DNA from: Trichoplax sp. H2
Taxonomy: Eukaryota
Reading direction: 5' to 3'
DNA: 64,000 nt
NCBI GenBank assembly: GCA_003344405.1
Contig: NOWV01000166.1
Coordinates: 1-64,000, forward strand
The notes beneath the pieces are model-generated. The model was not told the DNA's origin. It saw nothing but the letters and a program-made list of their open reading frames with translations, and did not search any database. Below, piece after piece: positions 1 through 13,244 of the stretch. Position numbers and translations under genes: made by a program. Within the stretch, counting starts at the first letter, position 1; every line of letters begins with the position of its first letter.

Positions 1-388
1 GGATGATTGTACAGTAGACATTCCTTATTTAATACGGGTATACGCGTATGGTCGATTAAATAAATAATAATATTTGAATTGTACAAAATTGTTAACAATA
101 TACAGAATACTGTCTACAGAATTAAAATTTATAAGTAGACAGTAGAATACATGTATACATATTTGTCGTGCAAAATATATCTAGTAGATACGTATTAACC
201 TGAAAATTTTGTACCAATAGTAGGATATGTATCGTGTAAATAAATTGTTGCAATAGTCTTACACGATCGCATAAATTATAAATACTAGTGCAAACTCCCG
301 TCGCTTTGCTGATGGTTTACGATAATGTGCTCATTTAACAGATAGTATTACCATTTGATAGACCTGTCAGAGGTTCAGTAACTTTTTA

Positions 389-438
389 NNNNNNNNNNNN
401 NNNNNNNNNNNNNNNNNNNNNNNNNNNNNNNNNNNNNN
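389..438. other. Assembly gap (N run)
   Basis: Run of N bases in the sequence. Confidence 0.99.
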
Positions 439-832
439 TACCATAACAGGTTACAAAATAGCAGATGATTATAGAAAACAGCGAGTACCGTAATAACTAA
501 ATACAGTAGTCTATATATGAATGTAGAGTAAGCGGACTGTAGATCTGTCTAAATATAAGAGCAATACAACATGTCTATATTTAAGAGTAGAATACAGTTA
601 CAGTATATTCTAAATACACTACACTTAGTAGTACTATAATAGTTCTTTGACTGATATTTTACGGTATATATTAGTGAATTGAAGACCGTAAAAGCTGCGA
701 TAGTGACCCTGGCAAATGCCCTTACTACAGCCTTGAAAATAATGTCGGAGTGGAACACTACAGGGACGTAATGTCATTTGTACAGTATGATATAGTATTA
801 CTGACCGTCAAATTATTGTCATAGCAGCCAAG

Positions 833-875
833 GCATGGCCCACTAGAAAGAAATCTTCCTTCTAGTAGTCCAAGG
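833..875. mobile_element. Ultra-short palindromic MITE-like element, degenerate copy
   Basis: GCATGGCCCACTAGAA...TTCTAGTAGTCCAAGG terminal inverted repeats, flanked by CCAAG and TCAAG (4/5 match). Same termini as the copies at 7291 and 55087. Confidence 0.6.
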
Positions 876-1286
876 TCAAGCAAAATATTGCTATCACCTT
901 ATACAATATTCTCAGAGGCAATAAAAAAATCTGGAGTAGTATCTACAAATAAAATTGATGTTGGCTGAGTGATTCAACCGCTGTATATCTAATTTATCTA
1001 CTGACTCACTTGAGCCAGTAAATAAGTTCGATCTAAGTGTAACATATATATTATATAATATGAGGATAAACAACGTGATAACGTACTTCTATAGAGTTTT
1101 AATCGAAGTCTTGTAAAATAGCAGTTGTATCACTCAGCCAAGTTACTTACCATTAGTATCCGTAATATCAAACTCATAATCATAACTAACTATATCCTGT
1201 AAATCAGTGATCATTTGTAAAGTTAAAGGTCAAGTGACGTATAACACGAGAAGTATAACGAGCGGGGAATCGATTAGATCAATTGA

Positions 1287-1820
1287 TTAGTGTATAACTA
1301 TTGTTACAAATAATGTAAAGTAAAAAAGTACAAGTACTGTATATCTAGACTGTGTGTAAAGTATAACAAGTGTGGATCTACGATTAAAATATAACAAGAC
1401 TTTTAAGTCGAAGTATGTTAAACGTGGATCATTAGTTAGTGTATAACGATTGTTACATATAATGTAAAGTAAAAAATACAAGTACTGTATATCTAGACTG
1501 TATGCTGTGTGTAAAGAATAATAAGTGTGGATCTACGATTAAATATAACAAGACTTTCAAGTCGAAGTATATTAAACTTGGATCATTAGTTGGATCATTA
1601 GTTAGTGTATAACGACTATTGCATATAATGTAAAGTAAAAAATACAAGTACCGCATATCTAGACTTTATACAGAGTGTAAAGTATAATAAGTGTGGATCT
1701 ATGATTAAATATAACAAGATTTAAGTCGAAGTATATTAAACGTGGATCTACGATTAAATGTAACAAGATTTAAGTCGAAGTATAATAAACGATCTACGAG
1801 TAGATATAACAAGATTTAAG
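1287..1820. repeat. Tandem repeat, about 3 units of 150-165 bp, ending in a re-amplified ~49 bp subunit
   Basis: TTAGTGTATAAC...AATGTAAAGTAAAAA recurs at about 1287, 1436 and 1602. The GTGGATCTACGATTAAAT...AAGTCGAAGTAT subunit recurs at about 1693, 1742 and 1791. Confidence 0.9.
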
Positions 1821-2216
1821 TAACGATAACAAGAGTTCAATAGCAAACATACCAAATAATTATAAGCTACTTTGTATTATGATGCACTCAAAAACTCTAC
1901 AAACTGACTACTGCAGCACTGATGATGATGTCATAATTGCATTACAGTACTGCATCGAATGTTGACATGCTAACTCTACACTCAGAGTCTACAGTACAGT
2001 GCTGTAATATGTCTCATACACACAAGCGCACAGACAGTAAAACCATATGATCGCTTGTAGAGGCCGTTAATGCTGCATAAATTTATTAAAGTAAAAGTGA
2101 TTACTCATTGCTAGATAGGCAGTTTTGGTTAAATTGACTAAATTGCGTTACAGCGACTTTTTCTAAAACTCGTTATTCATTTCATTTAGTGTAGACATCG
2201 CTGGCATCAAATTAAA

Positions 2217-5200
2217 ATGATTTTTGATATTTCAAACTTATCATGGTCAAGCATTGTTATCACTGGGGTAATTACTTGGTTTATTTATCTCCAATTTATT
2301 CGCAGATTCCTAACACCGTTACGTAAGGTAAGCTAAGCATGTAAAATAATAAAGCTACAGTTATTTAGATTACATTTTTATCCATGATTGGTGTAAATTA
2401 TCACTATTACTTAGCTACACTGTACTAAAGATCTACTGTCTATGCATCATGTGATTTAAATCGTTGTAGACACGGTATATGTGCAATTGGGTATGTTATA
2501 TCTGGCCGATCAGTAAAATATACTTTAATAGAATGTACTATACAAAATAGCCTAAAGTAGCGATGATATTCATGCCTGATATCAACTATTTTCATTATCA
2601 TTAAGAAATCACTCCGTTATGTTCAAGATATAAACTCCAAATGTATTATTCTATCGTAGCTGCCTGGACCTGAAACTTGGTCTTTAACTGGAAATCTAGG
2701 TGAAATTATACGGGAACCACCAGTCGATCCTTACATAAAGTTAGAATAATAATAATGTTAATCCTTTGCTAATTGATTTAGAATGGAATCATCATTCTAT
2801 TATACTTATACTTTTAATCTGAAATCATACTTTGCATGCCCATAATATTGCATAGACAAACTTTGGGTTCATAGATACTTCCTGATAATAGCAAACGCAT
2901 CCGTTTTGTTACTTACGTCTGATATAATCAAGTAAAAATTCGACAGTAATGATAAATAATGACGTATATAATAATTTAAAACTGTTGATAAATTTCAGAT
3001 GGGCTAACAAGTATGGTGGAATCTTACGATATAGCAGATTATTTGGCAAATATCGAGTAGCCGCAATAGATCCTGATGCCATCAAACATATCCTTGTTAC
3101 GCACAGCTCGAGATATAGTAAACCTAAGGGATTTATAACGTAAGATGCATGACGATTTGTAACTTACAAACATTGTAGTTACCAAGAAAGCGACTTGTAT
3201 ATAGAGTATGGATTTATATTGTACAGTACGACATACACTCCTGGATACACAAAGTTAAAAAAGTCATTCTGAGACAAGTCGATATCATGTGATCCCACTC
3301 TGTTGTAATTTCCTAAAAATTGAATCTATTACTACCTAATATTACAGAATTTCAATGTGTCGTTCGCTGTTTCATATCTTACTCTTTCACAGTACTTAGT
3401 GCGGAGCACAATGTGCTGTGAAAGACTGACTTAAAAGCGGATTACGGTAGATACGCAATAGTTGATTTAAGATACGAGATTCGCTATAGGAAATTGTATA
3501 TCCTGTTTACGATTAAGTGTCTTCAAAATGATAAAACAAGAACTGCAGTTTCTTGTAAGTTTGACTTTATTACGTAAGTTGGATCGTCTTACAACTATTA
3601 TAATCTAAATCTTTAGCTAATTTGGGGCTGCTCTATACTGTTATTTACTGTTAATACACATTACGTCTTATGATCTGTCATTTAGCACTTTAAGGCCACT
3701 ACTAGGCAATGGATTATTTACAGCTGGTGATAAGGATCATTCTCAACAGAGAAAATTAATTAATCCGGCCTTTAAATATGCTAAATTAAAGGGTAAAATT
3801 GAATTTATAATTTGTACAGCTTTGTAACTAAATATATTGTTCCTCTAGCATTCATTCACAAATCATAACCAATTTGCGAATCATAAATAAATACAATGTA
3901 TACTGTATCAAATCAGTCAACAGCATGCACTGTATATTGTATGTAAAGTAAGTAGAATGCTATTTTAACATTGCTACGATTAAATACGTGTAAGTACTAT
4001 AATTTAGATTTAAGTAATATTCAGGATACAGCTCAGATGCAATCAACAGTTGGTATCATATTTCCTGTCAATGGATATAGCAAGTTAATTATATCTTGAT
4101 ATTGGTGTATATATACAGGTATGGTCTCAGTATTTGAAAGTTACACCAAAGAGTTTATACAATTTTGGCAGTATAAGCTAGAAGAAACTAAAAATAGTCA
4201 AACATATACTGAAGTTCAGGCACAGGATGATCTTACTCGTTTAACCTTAGACATTATTTGTCGGTGCGCTTTTGGATACGAATGCAATGCAGTATTGAAT
4301 CCAGACGATGAAATAACTAAATCTTTACAATCAATGTTTTCTGGTAGTGATCTTTCGTGAGTCTTGATCATAAGATTGAATGCTCATGATGTGACGATTA
4401 GTGTGTGATTCAATTATGATGCTTGTTATTGCTGCACTACAGATGGAAGGATTTACTTCCGCTTTACTCCTACTTACCGACGAAGGCAAAAAAGCGACGC
4501 CAGCAAGCTCTGACCACTATTAAAAATAAAGTGAACGAAGTTATAGATATAAAAATGTCACAGAATACAAACGCAGACTGTACGTTTCTCTAATGATTAG
4601 CTTACTTTATAAATGCATTTTCAGGCATGTATTAATACAATCTCGAATTTTTTTAACGCTATCGTTTCAACATATAGCGGACAGTTCCTTGTTGGATATT
4701 CTTCTATCATTAAGAGATCAGAAAACTGGTCAGGGTCTGACAAAGGAAGGATTATACGATCAGGTCGTTACCTTCATGTTCGCTGGTCACGAGGTAAATT
4801 TTTATGTAGCTCTTTCCTAGTCACCTTGATACATCGCGATGCGGGTAATACTATCCGCTTATTAAACGTCTCGCTATTTGAATAATAAATTGAAAGTCAC
4901 TTATTGAATAGTTACTTGTTTCGACGTATATACTGTGAATTTAGATTTTAAAAACGGTATAATCAATCCCTAGGGACATTGGATATCTAACAGTATTAAT
5001 ACCTAGTCTTAAATATCTGTATTTTTCAATTATTTGCTTTGCCAATAGTTAGTTCTCTCGTTCTACAGTTTTAATCTACTACAGAGATACCGTGAATTTC
5101 ATTATTATGGTATTGAGCGTTTTTAGTAATCTGGTTTTATTACTGCTGATTGCTAATTATTAAAATTGTAGACCACAAGCGTTTGCCTGTCGTGGACACT

Positions 5201-6699
5201 GTATGTATTAGCCCAACATCAGGAAATACAAAGTAAGGTCCGAGATGAAGCTCGTAAAGTTTTGAAAGAGCATAATTATCAGCTAACATGGGATACATTG
5301 GATGAATTTGTTTATTTAAATAAAGTCCTTAAAGAATCCTTAAGGTAGAAAATAGCAATCGCTAGCCTTTTATATACAAGTGTATATAAATCCAATTTTT
5401 TGCGTATAATGCAAATTTTAAAACTAGATTTCGTAAACAAACAATATATAGTCTCGTTTATATATTTCATCTGAAATGTAATTAGTAATTCTTTTAATAC
5501 CTTAGACTGTATTCTCCAGCGCCCTTGTCTGCGCGTGAATGTGTTCAAGATGACGAAATTAAAGGCTATGTTATCCCTAAAGGAACAGTAGTGATGATCG
5601 TGACACCGCATAGGTAAAAATTTAGCTGCATCAATGACAGATGCAGCTTTTATTGCGGACTTTTCATGAAATTATCATTTTACATTTAAGTCACCTTCAC
5701 GTTATTCATACAGTAATATAATTACAATAGGTGGATATGTCGAAGTAATCAATCAGAGCATGTATTATCATAGCTACGGAAAATTACAGTAACTAAATAA
5801 AATTCAGGAGTAAACTACATGCACGTCATAATTAGTACAATCAAGCTCGCCGCTATGCAACTGATCAGTTGCTCTTTGTAATACAGCCCCAAATATAGCT
5901 TGGATTATGATTTTAAGACTGCACCAGAATAGTAGTACTCGTTTATTGGATTGTATGATTTTGAAGATATCTATTTGTAGCAGAGGTTTACATACGTATT
6001 GTCGTGATACTATTGAGATGTTTATATTAAGACTTCATGATAGTAATAGATAGCGCTAATTATGTTAGTACTGTGAGAGTTGGATAGTGGTGCTTTAATT
6101 AGACGCGTAAATAATGAATAGCTCGCGCGATGATAAACTGTTATCTCGCGACTTAATTGGCAAGATATGATTGCAATGTGTAAATTCATTCTGTAACAAA
6201 GGGTATATAAACCGCGAGCTTTCGCTGTAAAAGATATTCCAGAGATAGTCCCTTGGTAGTTATGAGACGAACCTAATCTTATGTAATAATGTGAAGTTTA
6301 CAAGAAACTGTAGTTTGTGTTGTATTTTTAAGAAGACACTTTATCACACTCTTGAGTAAATTTAATGATAAAGACCCTATAAACGATAACATCTATTATA
6401 CATGATCTTTCATTAGGTGGGAGAAATATTATGGAGATCCTCTAGAATTTAAGCCTGACCGATGGGATGCTATTGAAGCCGATGATAAGAACTCAAATTA
6501 TACTTATATACCATTCCTAATTGGTCCTCGAAATTGCATCGGTAGTAAATTTGCGTTATCCGAAATGAAGTGTGTTCTAGCATTGCTACTAGATAGCTTT
6601 GTTTTCGATGTTGTTCCTAACATAGAAGTTAAGCGCAGATTAAGGATTACCATGAAACCTAATCCAAACCTTAAACTAAGAATTAGCGTTGCAAAGTAA
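2217..6699 (+). CDS. Cytochrome P450 (microsomal type, CYP4/CYP46-like; family unassigned), 10 coding exons
   Basis: Exons about 2217-2327, 2660-2739, 2999-3139, 3686-3792, 4119-4356, 4443-4579, 4678-4793, 5172-5344, 5506-5613, 6417-6699 join in frame at GT-AG sites. N-terminal membrane anchor, LPGP hinge, I-helix FAGHETTS, K-helix ESLR, PDRW (PERF motif), heme motif PFLIGPRNCIG. Confidence 0.95.
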
Positions 6700-7290
6700 A
6701 GATTTCAATCTGCTCTTGTTATTATTTTATTGCCTGTAAATCTTTGTAGAAGGATAATAGTATCTAAATTCGGGATTTATTGCACTGAAATTAAATTCAT
6801 GTTGATTGCAGTTTATCTTAAAAATTTTTAATCGCGCTTTAAATGTATTGCTCATTAATGTCTATTTACTAATTGTTATACCATGAATACATGCAGTATA
6901 TTGGCTAAACCCAAGAAAGGCAATATTGCACTAGTTCTCAGTTCTTAGAGAGACTTTTACAATATATTAAAAGTGGAATTATTAGCCTATTTACTAAAAT
7001 ATTATAGATTAAATCCTTCGACGCAGCGATTCTCTTATTATGAACATAGTTATGCCATGAACTACTATAAATTACTACATGGTGATTTCTAATAGTCCGT
7101 AGATATACCAGCTGTACACATATGTACAGCACATCATGATTACAGCATACGTTCAAATATTAGTAATGCTTTTAGTCCTAGTAATGTAGTAACTAACGAA
7201 AAATAATTTGAAGACAATTATTTTAAATGACCGATTTTTATAGATTATATGGAATTTAAAGTGTGTGATTAGTACTTACCGTAAGCTTAG

Positions 7291-7328
7291 CCATGGATTA
7301 CTAGAAGGTCTTCTCTAGTAGTCCATGG
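7291..7328. mobile_element. 38 bp palindromic MITE-like element with perfect 5-bp TSD (CTTAG)
   Basis: CTTAG|CCATGGATTACTAGA-aggtcttc-TCTAGTAGTCCATGG|CTTAG: 15-bp TIR with one mismatch and identical 5-bp flanks. Confidence 0.75.
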
Positions 7329-8553
7329 CTTAGCATTCTATGCGGTATGCCGTGCTATCATAGGACACAGCAGCAGTCGCAGCTTTGATGTGTTACGAGC
7401 ATAAATAAATGCTTGCTTTACTATATAAACATCTAGATACGGATTGTAAATTTATAGCTGTTCCAATATGAATTTAAGTTTGCTTTTCAAAGATAATAGT
7501 GATAGAGGCTAACAACTATATTAGAATATTAGATGATAACCAGGCTTTAAAATTTTATGCAAAATCCACTAGTTGATAATTTGTCAATTTCGACGTAGAA
7601 CAAGTAAATCTAATAATAGTAGCAGATTTACTGTTATTCGGTGAGCGAGACTTAAAATGCTAGTTACTTCAAACAAAACAGACGATATTATTATCTCAAT
7701 AAATCACGATCATGGTGGAGAAAATAAAACGGATCAAAATGCGCCTTAAACACCTAGTATGATCTAAATAAATTTATATAAATATTAATTATACTTATTA
7801 AAGATAGTATTTTTAGAGGAAAAAAATCGATTATACTTTAACATAGATATAAGGCAGTGTGCGGATTACAATATGTAGATAGATTACATAACCTACGATT
7901 CTTTGATTGAGCAACCAACATCTACACAATACTCCGCTAGCAAATATAAATATGCGAGAATATAACCTAACGGATACACATTCTGTATGGTCATTATTTT
8001 TGATGAATAAATTTCTCATCTTAGTATCTCTAAATATACGTCCAGCTACTTTGAAAGAATAGCATTAGTAATCTACATTTTTGATGAGTAATTCCAATAG
8101 ATGAAAGTAGTAAAGAGATAAAGAAGCTACCTCAATTTACTGTACGATTATTTACTCGTTTGACTTTAACACCAATGAAAGACATCAATTTTATAAATCC
8201 TCATATTCAGAGATAGATATACATAAATTCGATATATGGATTTTGTCGAATAGAACAAGATCCATTGTAACATCTATACCTGCAAGCGTAGGTGTATATA
8301 TTTATATTGGAATAATTACCGATACACGATCAAGTATTTGGGCACTTGCATGAAAATTTCCGCTTTACTATACCCAATTGTACAGGAGTGGGCCGGAACC
8401 GTACGAGAGACATTATCATCTATACTTAATTGAACCAATATTTTGTATTATTATCCATCGAACTTACGGTAAGGTAAGATACTGCACATTGTCACAGATA
8501 TACTGTATACAGTATAATTATCGTACTTATTGTACTCACTTATTTCTATGCGA

Positions 8554-8567
8554 GTTTCCATGGCAAC
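8554..8567. promoter_or_regulatory. RFX X-box upstream of LRRIQ3
   Basis: GTTTCCATGGCAAC fits the X-box consensus GTTNCCATGGNAAC and lies about 550 bp upstream of the LRRIQ3 ATG. Confidence 0.7.
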
Positions 8568-9117
8568 GCCTATAATAATATAAGCGTTTTCAATACATGT
8601 CGCAATCACTACTTTAGCTGATGTAAAATCTGTAGCAGTGATTTGATCACATTTGCATTTCTACTCGATCGACAAGAGACATTATAGGCTCTGTTTCCTT
8701 CTCAAATATTGTCACTCTATATCTATAAAATTATCATTAAGCTCGATACAAATTTTGTTACAGTATGTACAAATAATCATCCAGAATTATTAGTGTATAA
8801 TGCGGTTGTGAAGAAGATCGATCAAAGTATAATACATATAATTTAGTAAAGAATTAAATCTTAATTTGGTTTATTCTGATTCAATGGGTAACGCTAGGAT
8901 TTAGTCTACTCAGAGATGAATATATCATTTACACATGCCCCCTAAACAGCAAGTGAGTACATAAAATTTAACTTTGATAGGCCGATTGTTCTTGTTGTCT
9001 CTTTCCTCCATTACCATTTCCGATAAAAATATTCAATCAATTTTGTCTAAACCATGTCTATGATGCTATAATTATCAGTTTTCTGAATTTGATATGTTCT
9101 GTAATAGTTAGGATACA

Positions 9118-12100
9118 ATGAATTATTTCACAAGGAAAGCTAACATTATTGGTGATGACGAGTTTAGACATTATGCTAAACATCGAGAAGAAGGCTCTAT
9201 ACGAGACGCCGAAACTATCGGATACATAAATACCCCAAATGAAGAATTCTTGTTAAAAAATACAATCGATGGATTAAAATTAGATCAAGCGCAGTATTTT
9301 AATCTGCGTAATCGTCGTTTAATCGAAATAGGAAGCTTATATCTATGCGATAATTTGACCGTTTGTATCCTGGCCAACAATTTTATAAGGACATTTGATG
9401 CTCTTATTTATTGCAACAATTTACAAATGTTGGATGTTCATGGCAATCAGGTAAATAACAACCGTATCTTATGTATTGATATCTTAACCCTATTTTATAT
9501 GTATGCTAGAATAAAAGTGGTACAATTGAATTTGAAGCTTGTATTTTCAGATAAACATGTCAAATTTGATTTATTATGGTAGCCTTTACTACAACTAACG
9601 ATCATGTAGTATTAGTGGCATTAATTTAACTGCGATAACTAATACTTACGTATGTATTTCTTCCAAATTTCATTGCAGATCGTTAATGTGCCATCTGTAG
9701 CTTTCTGGTCTACACTTTCGAAATTATCTGTTATGTTACTACATGATAATGGTATTAGTTCGATGAGTTGTGTAAGAAAAATTGCAAATAGTCCTAATTT
9801 GGCAATTTTGACCTTACATAATACGCCTATAAGTTTAAAGCCACACTACAGACACCACGTTGTCAATAGCATTTTCACTCTCAAAGTGCTTGATAATTAT
9901 GTCATCGCGGATGAAGAAATAATTGAAGGTTGCAAATTTACTGACCAATTTTCAACCAAAAATCAGTTTCTTTATTTAAAGACGGAAAGAAACTTTGATC
10001 AGGTTAGTCGCCAAGTTGATGCTGTCCGGTATAATTAATCTATCCAAACTCTTATTTAATAAATTTCCTACGTTTTTAATTGTTTTCTCAAATAAATGAG
10101 TAGATTACAAACGGTGATGAAGCAATAAAGGAAATCAATCTACTCTTATCAAGGGCTAATAAAATTATGGCTAAGAATTCTCCAATACTTATTATTCAAC
10201 GTTATCTTCGAGGCTATTTAGCACGAAAAATACTAAAAGCATACATCAATCATAAAGATACTTCGTAAGTACTCTTATTACTAAATTACTTTACGGCATT
10301 TTTCATAAGTAATGAGGAATTATGAGGCAGCTGTAGGCCTAACTGAATAAACTAGAATATTAAGAAAAATCTCTTCACCTTAATTTATCTTCTAAAATAT
10401 TAGTAATTATTACCGTACTTACATGACAGGCAAAACTAGTAGCTAAATATCAGATCTTTATTGTTCGTCAGGATTAACATAGAAGATATTATGAACCAAC
10501 ATTTATCGCTGATAGCGGATGCAAACTCATCACAACAAGTATCGACAAATGTGGAACGCCAAATACAGAAAAGTCAATCTGAAAAAAGGAATAAGAATAA
10601 GCGATATCTAGATAAAACATATTCTACGGTAAAACACGGTTCAATGAGAATGGGGAAAATTAAAACAAAAAATGTACTTAAAAAATCACAATCCAAAAAA
10701 TCATTAGGAACGGTTTCTGATAATTATTACGCCACTGCTGAATCTCCAATTTTAATTCGACAATTTTCTCCTGCCTTGTCCACGCGCGACAATCAGATCG
10801 TACATTTAGACGATCCTAACTTCAACTATGATCAAGATTTTAATAACAGGGATGAAAGGTTTCATGGACATGAAGATTACTCTTTACCACCAATTCACGA
10901 TGGTCATGGTATTATAAATTCAATGAATTCTAAACAATCCGAAGCAATATCACCCTTAAAAATTAATGTAGATTTACGAGAATTACAAGCACGGGCTGCA
11001 CAATTTACAGAAGAGGAACGTTCAAGTGCTAGCAAGCAATTTAGACTAAGTAGCAGAGAGCTAAGTGCGATTAAGACCGGTAAAGAATTATTGAGCGGTC
11101 TTGAAAGGACTATGAAAAAAGAGAAGGTTGATAAATCCGATAAAGAACGATATTATAGCCCTCTTTCAGACTATAGAATGTCAGTACCTGAGGAAAGTAG
11201 GCCTCCAATTAGTAAAAATAGTAAATTTAGAAATTATAACGAAACTAATGAGAACGATGAATTATTTACTACCCATTTTCGGTTATCCGGTATGAAGGCT
11301 GCCACTACTGCCGTTGACCCTGTAGAAGAGATGATATTAAATAAGCAAGAAACTGCGAAAGATATGCGAGAAGCAAAGGCAATTTATAGGGAAATCATTC
11401 AAGAAAAACGGAAACCTCCTGTTGTTGAGAAACATATTACCCTTAATGGCCAACAAAGACTATATAAAAAATTATACGAAGCGATGAACTTATCCATTCT
11501 ACGAAGTGTTGATCAAGTCCATAAGGACTGGCATAAATCGGAGAAAGCAATACAGAAAATTGATACAATTGCTAATCGTCGCTTGCTTCATGATGTTCAA
11601 AAGGAAAGAATTCGACAGTTTCAACGCTACAAAGTGATGATAGCGCGTGAAGGTGGAATACAAGATAAAATAATATCAAGTGATGCATTAAAAATGATGG
11701 AAGAAGAAAGAGAAAGGGAAAATCTAAGAGTTCAATTTGCGAGGCAAGAATTAAATGAGAAAACAAAGCAGAGATTTGAGGAGATGGCTTTAAGTACAGA
11801 TTTTAATTGCCAAGCTACTGCAATTGGTCGGGTCATAAGACAATATGACGGTAAAAAGCATCGTACAGAGATGAAAGATAAGAAAGCAGAAGGTGTAAAA
11901 GTAAGTCAGGAAAAAGCAATTGAAAAGCGAGAGATGGTTAACAAATACCTAGAGCATAAGCGAATGGTTCAACGCGCTGTAAATCAAGTAGAAAAGAAAA
12001 AAATTAATGGAAAACTATTAGAGGAAGCTAACGATAGAGTAATGCAGGCGCGAGCTAGAGTAACTTATCTTAAACAGCGCCATCGTGTTGCTAGCAATTT

Positions 12101-12188
12101 TTGCAAATTGCAGAATACGCTGCTAACATCTGAACAACCCCCTAATGCTGTTTCTAATATGAGCATTGCAATCGATGATCGATCATGA
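9118..12188 (+). CDS. LRRIQ3: Leucine-rich repeat and IQ motif-containing protein 3 homolog, 4 coding exons
   Basis: Exons 9118-9450, 9679-10002, 10104-10264, 10472-12188 in frame. LRRs (VCILANNFI, LDVHGNQI, LLHDNGI), LRR cap (PISLKPHYRHHVVNSIFTLKVLDNYVIADEEII) and IQ motif (NSPILIIQRYLRGYLARK) recall vertebrate LRRIQ3. Coiled-coil C-terminus. Confidence 0.88.
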
Positions 12189-13244
12189 ATAATATAGGTT
12201 ATTTCTAAAGAAAATTTAAGACTATAATTATATAGTTGTTATTAAATGGGCTTAAATTTAATTTCTGTTGATATATATCTACTCAACGACTGGTGGTTGA
12301 CCAGAATCATGGCCACCTCATTCAATTATACTTAATTATCCAAGATATTACAAATTGCTACAGCATTGCTATCTACGTATCGTAGGGTAGATTGTGTACT
12401 ATGTAATTACCTTAAAAATTCTCTACATTCGATTGTAATTTAATTAATTTACTCTTCTGATATATGAAGCCATGTTAGTATTGGAAAAATTTAAAATTTT
12501 GCCCTGTTCATGTGCTGTAGCAATTCACTCAATATGTATTGTATTTGCCAACAATACTACACTCCATATAACGGCTCTAAAAATTTTGTGAGTACAGTAG
12601 ATTCAGGGTATTTTTATTATTATTATACAGTGGAATATGCAATAATTAATTGTGCAACTGTTTACTGAAGAAAATATCTTGAAGAAAAATTGAAATCTTC
12701 GACAAGTAATGAACGACATATTTTATTTATAAGTATATCAATACATAATGTAATGTGTTGAAGCGGAAACAGTAAAATCCTACGTTATGTTTTTTAATCT
12801 TAAGAGTTAATATCGTGAGATACTGCAAAAAAAGGCATTTTCAGTATATTAAATAGAGTCAAAAGTAGTTCGCATCACACGTTAAATACAAATCTTTTTC
12901 TGTGATGATGCATAATTTAAAAATAAAAATGACTATATTAAGCAATAGCAAATACGCACTGCATTCTGTACAATCTGAAATTCTTCAAGGTAACGGCCAC
13001 ACAGAGCTGATCGGATCAGTATTATTCTGTTAGAGGTGCCTTATAGCATTTGTATTTTATAGGTATAGTTCGGCCGTGATAACAAAAAATTGATATAAAT
13101 TTCATATGAAACCAATTTCTGTTCAAAACATCCTACTTATCTGCATGACCTAATAAAATTGTAGATGAGTATTAATAAGTTCAGATATTTGTATTATAAG
13201 AAATAATTGCCCACAGAAACTATCAATAGTTTTGGAAATTATTG

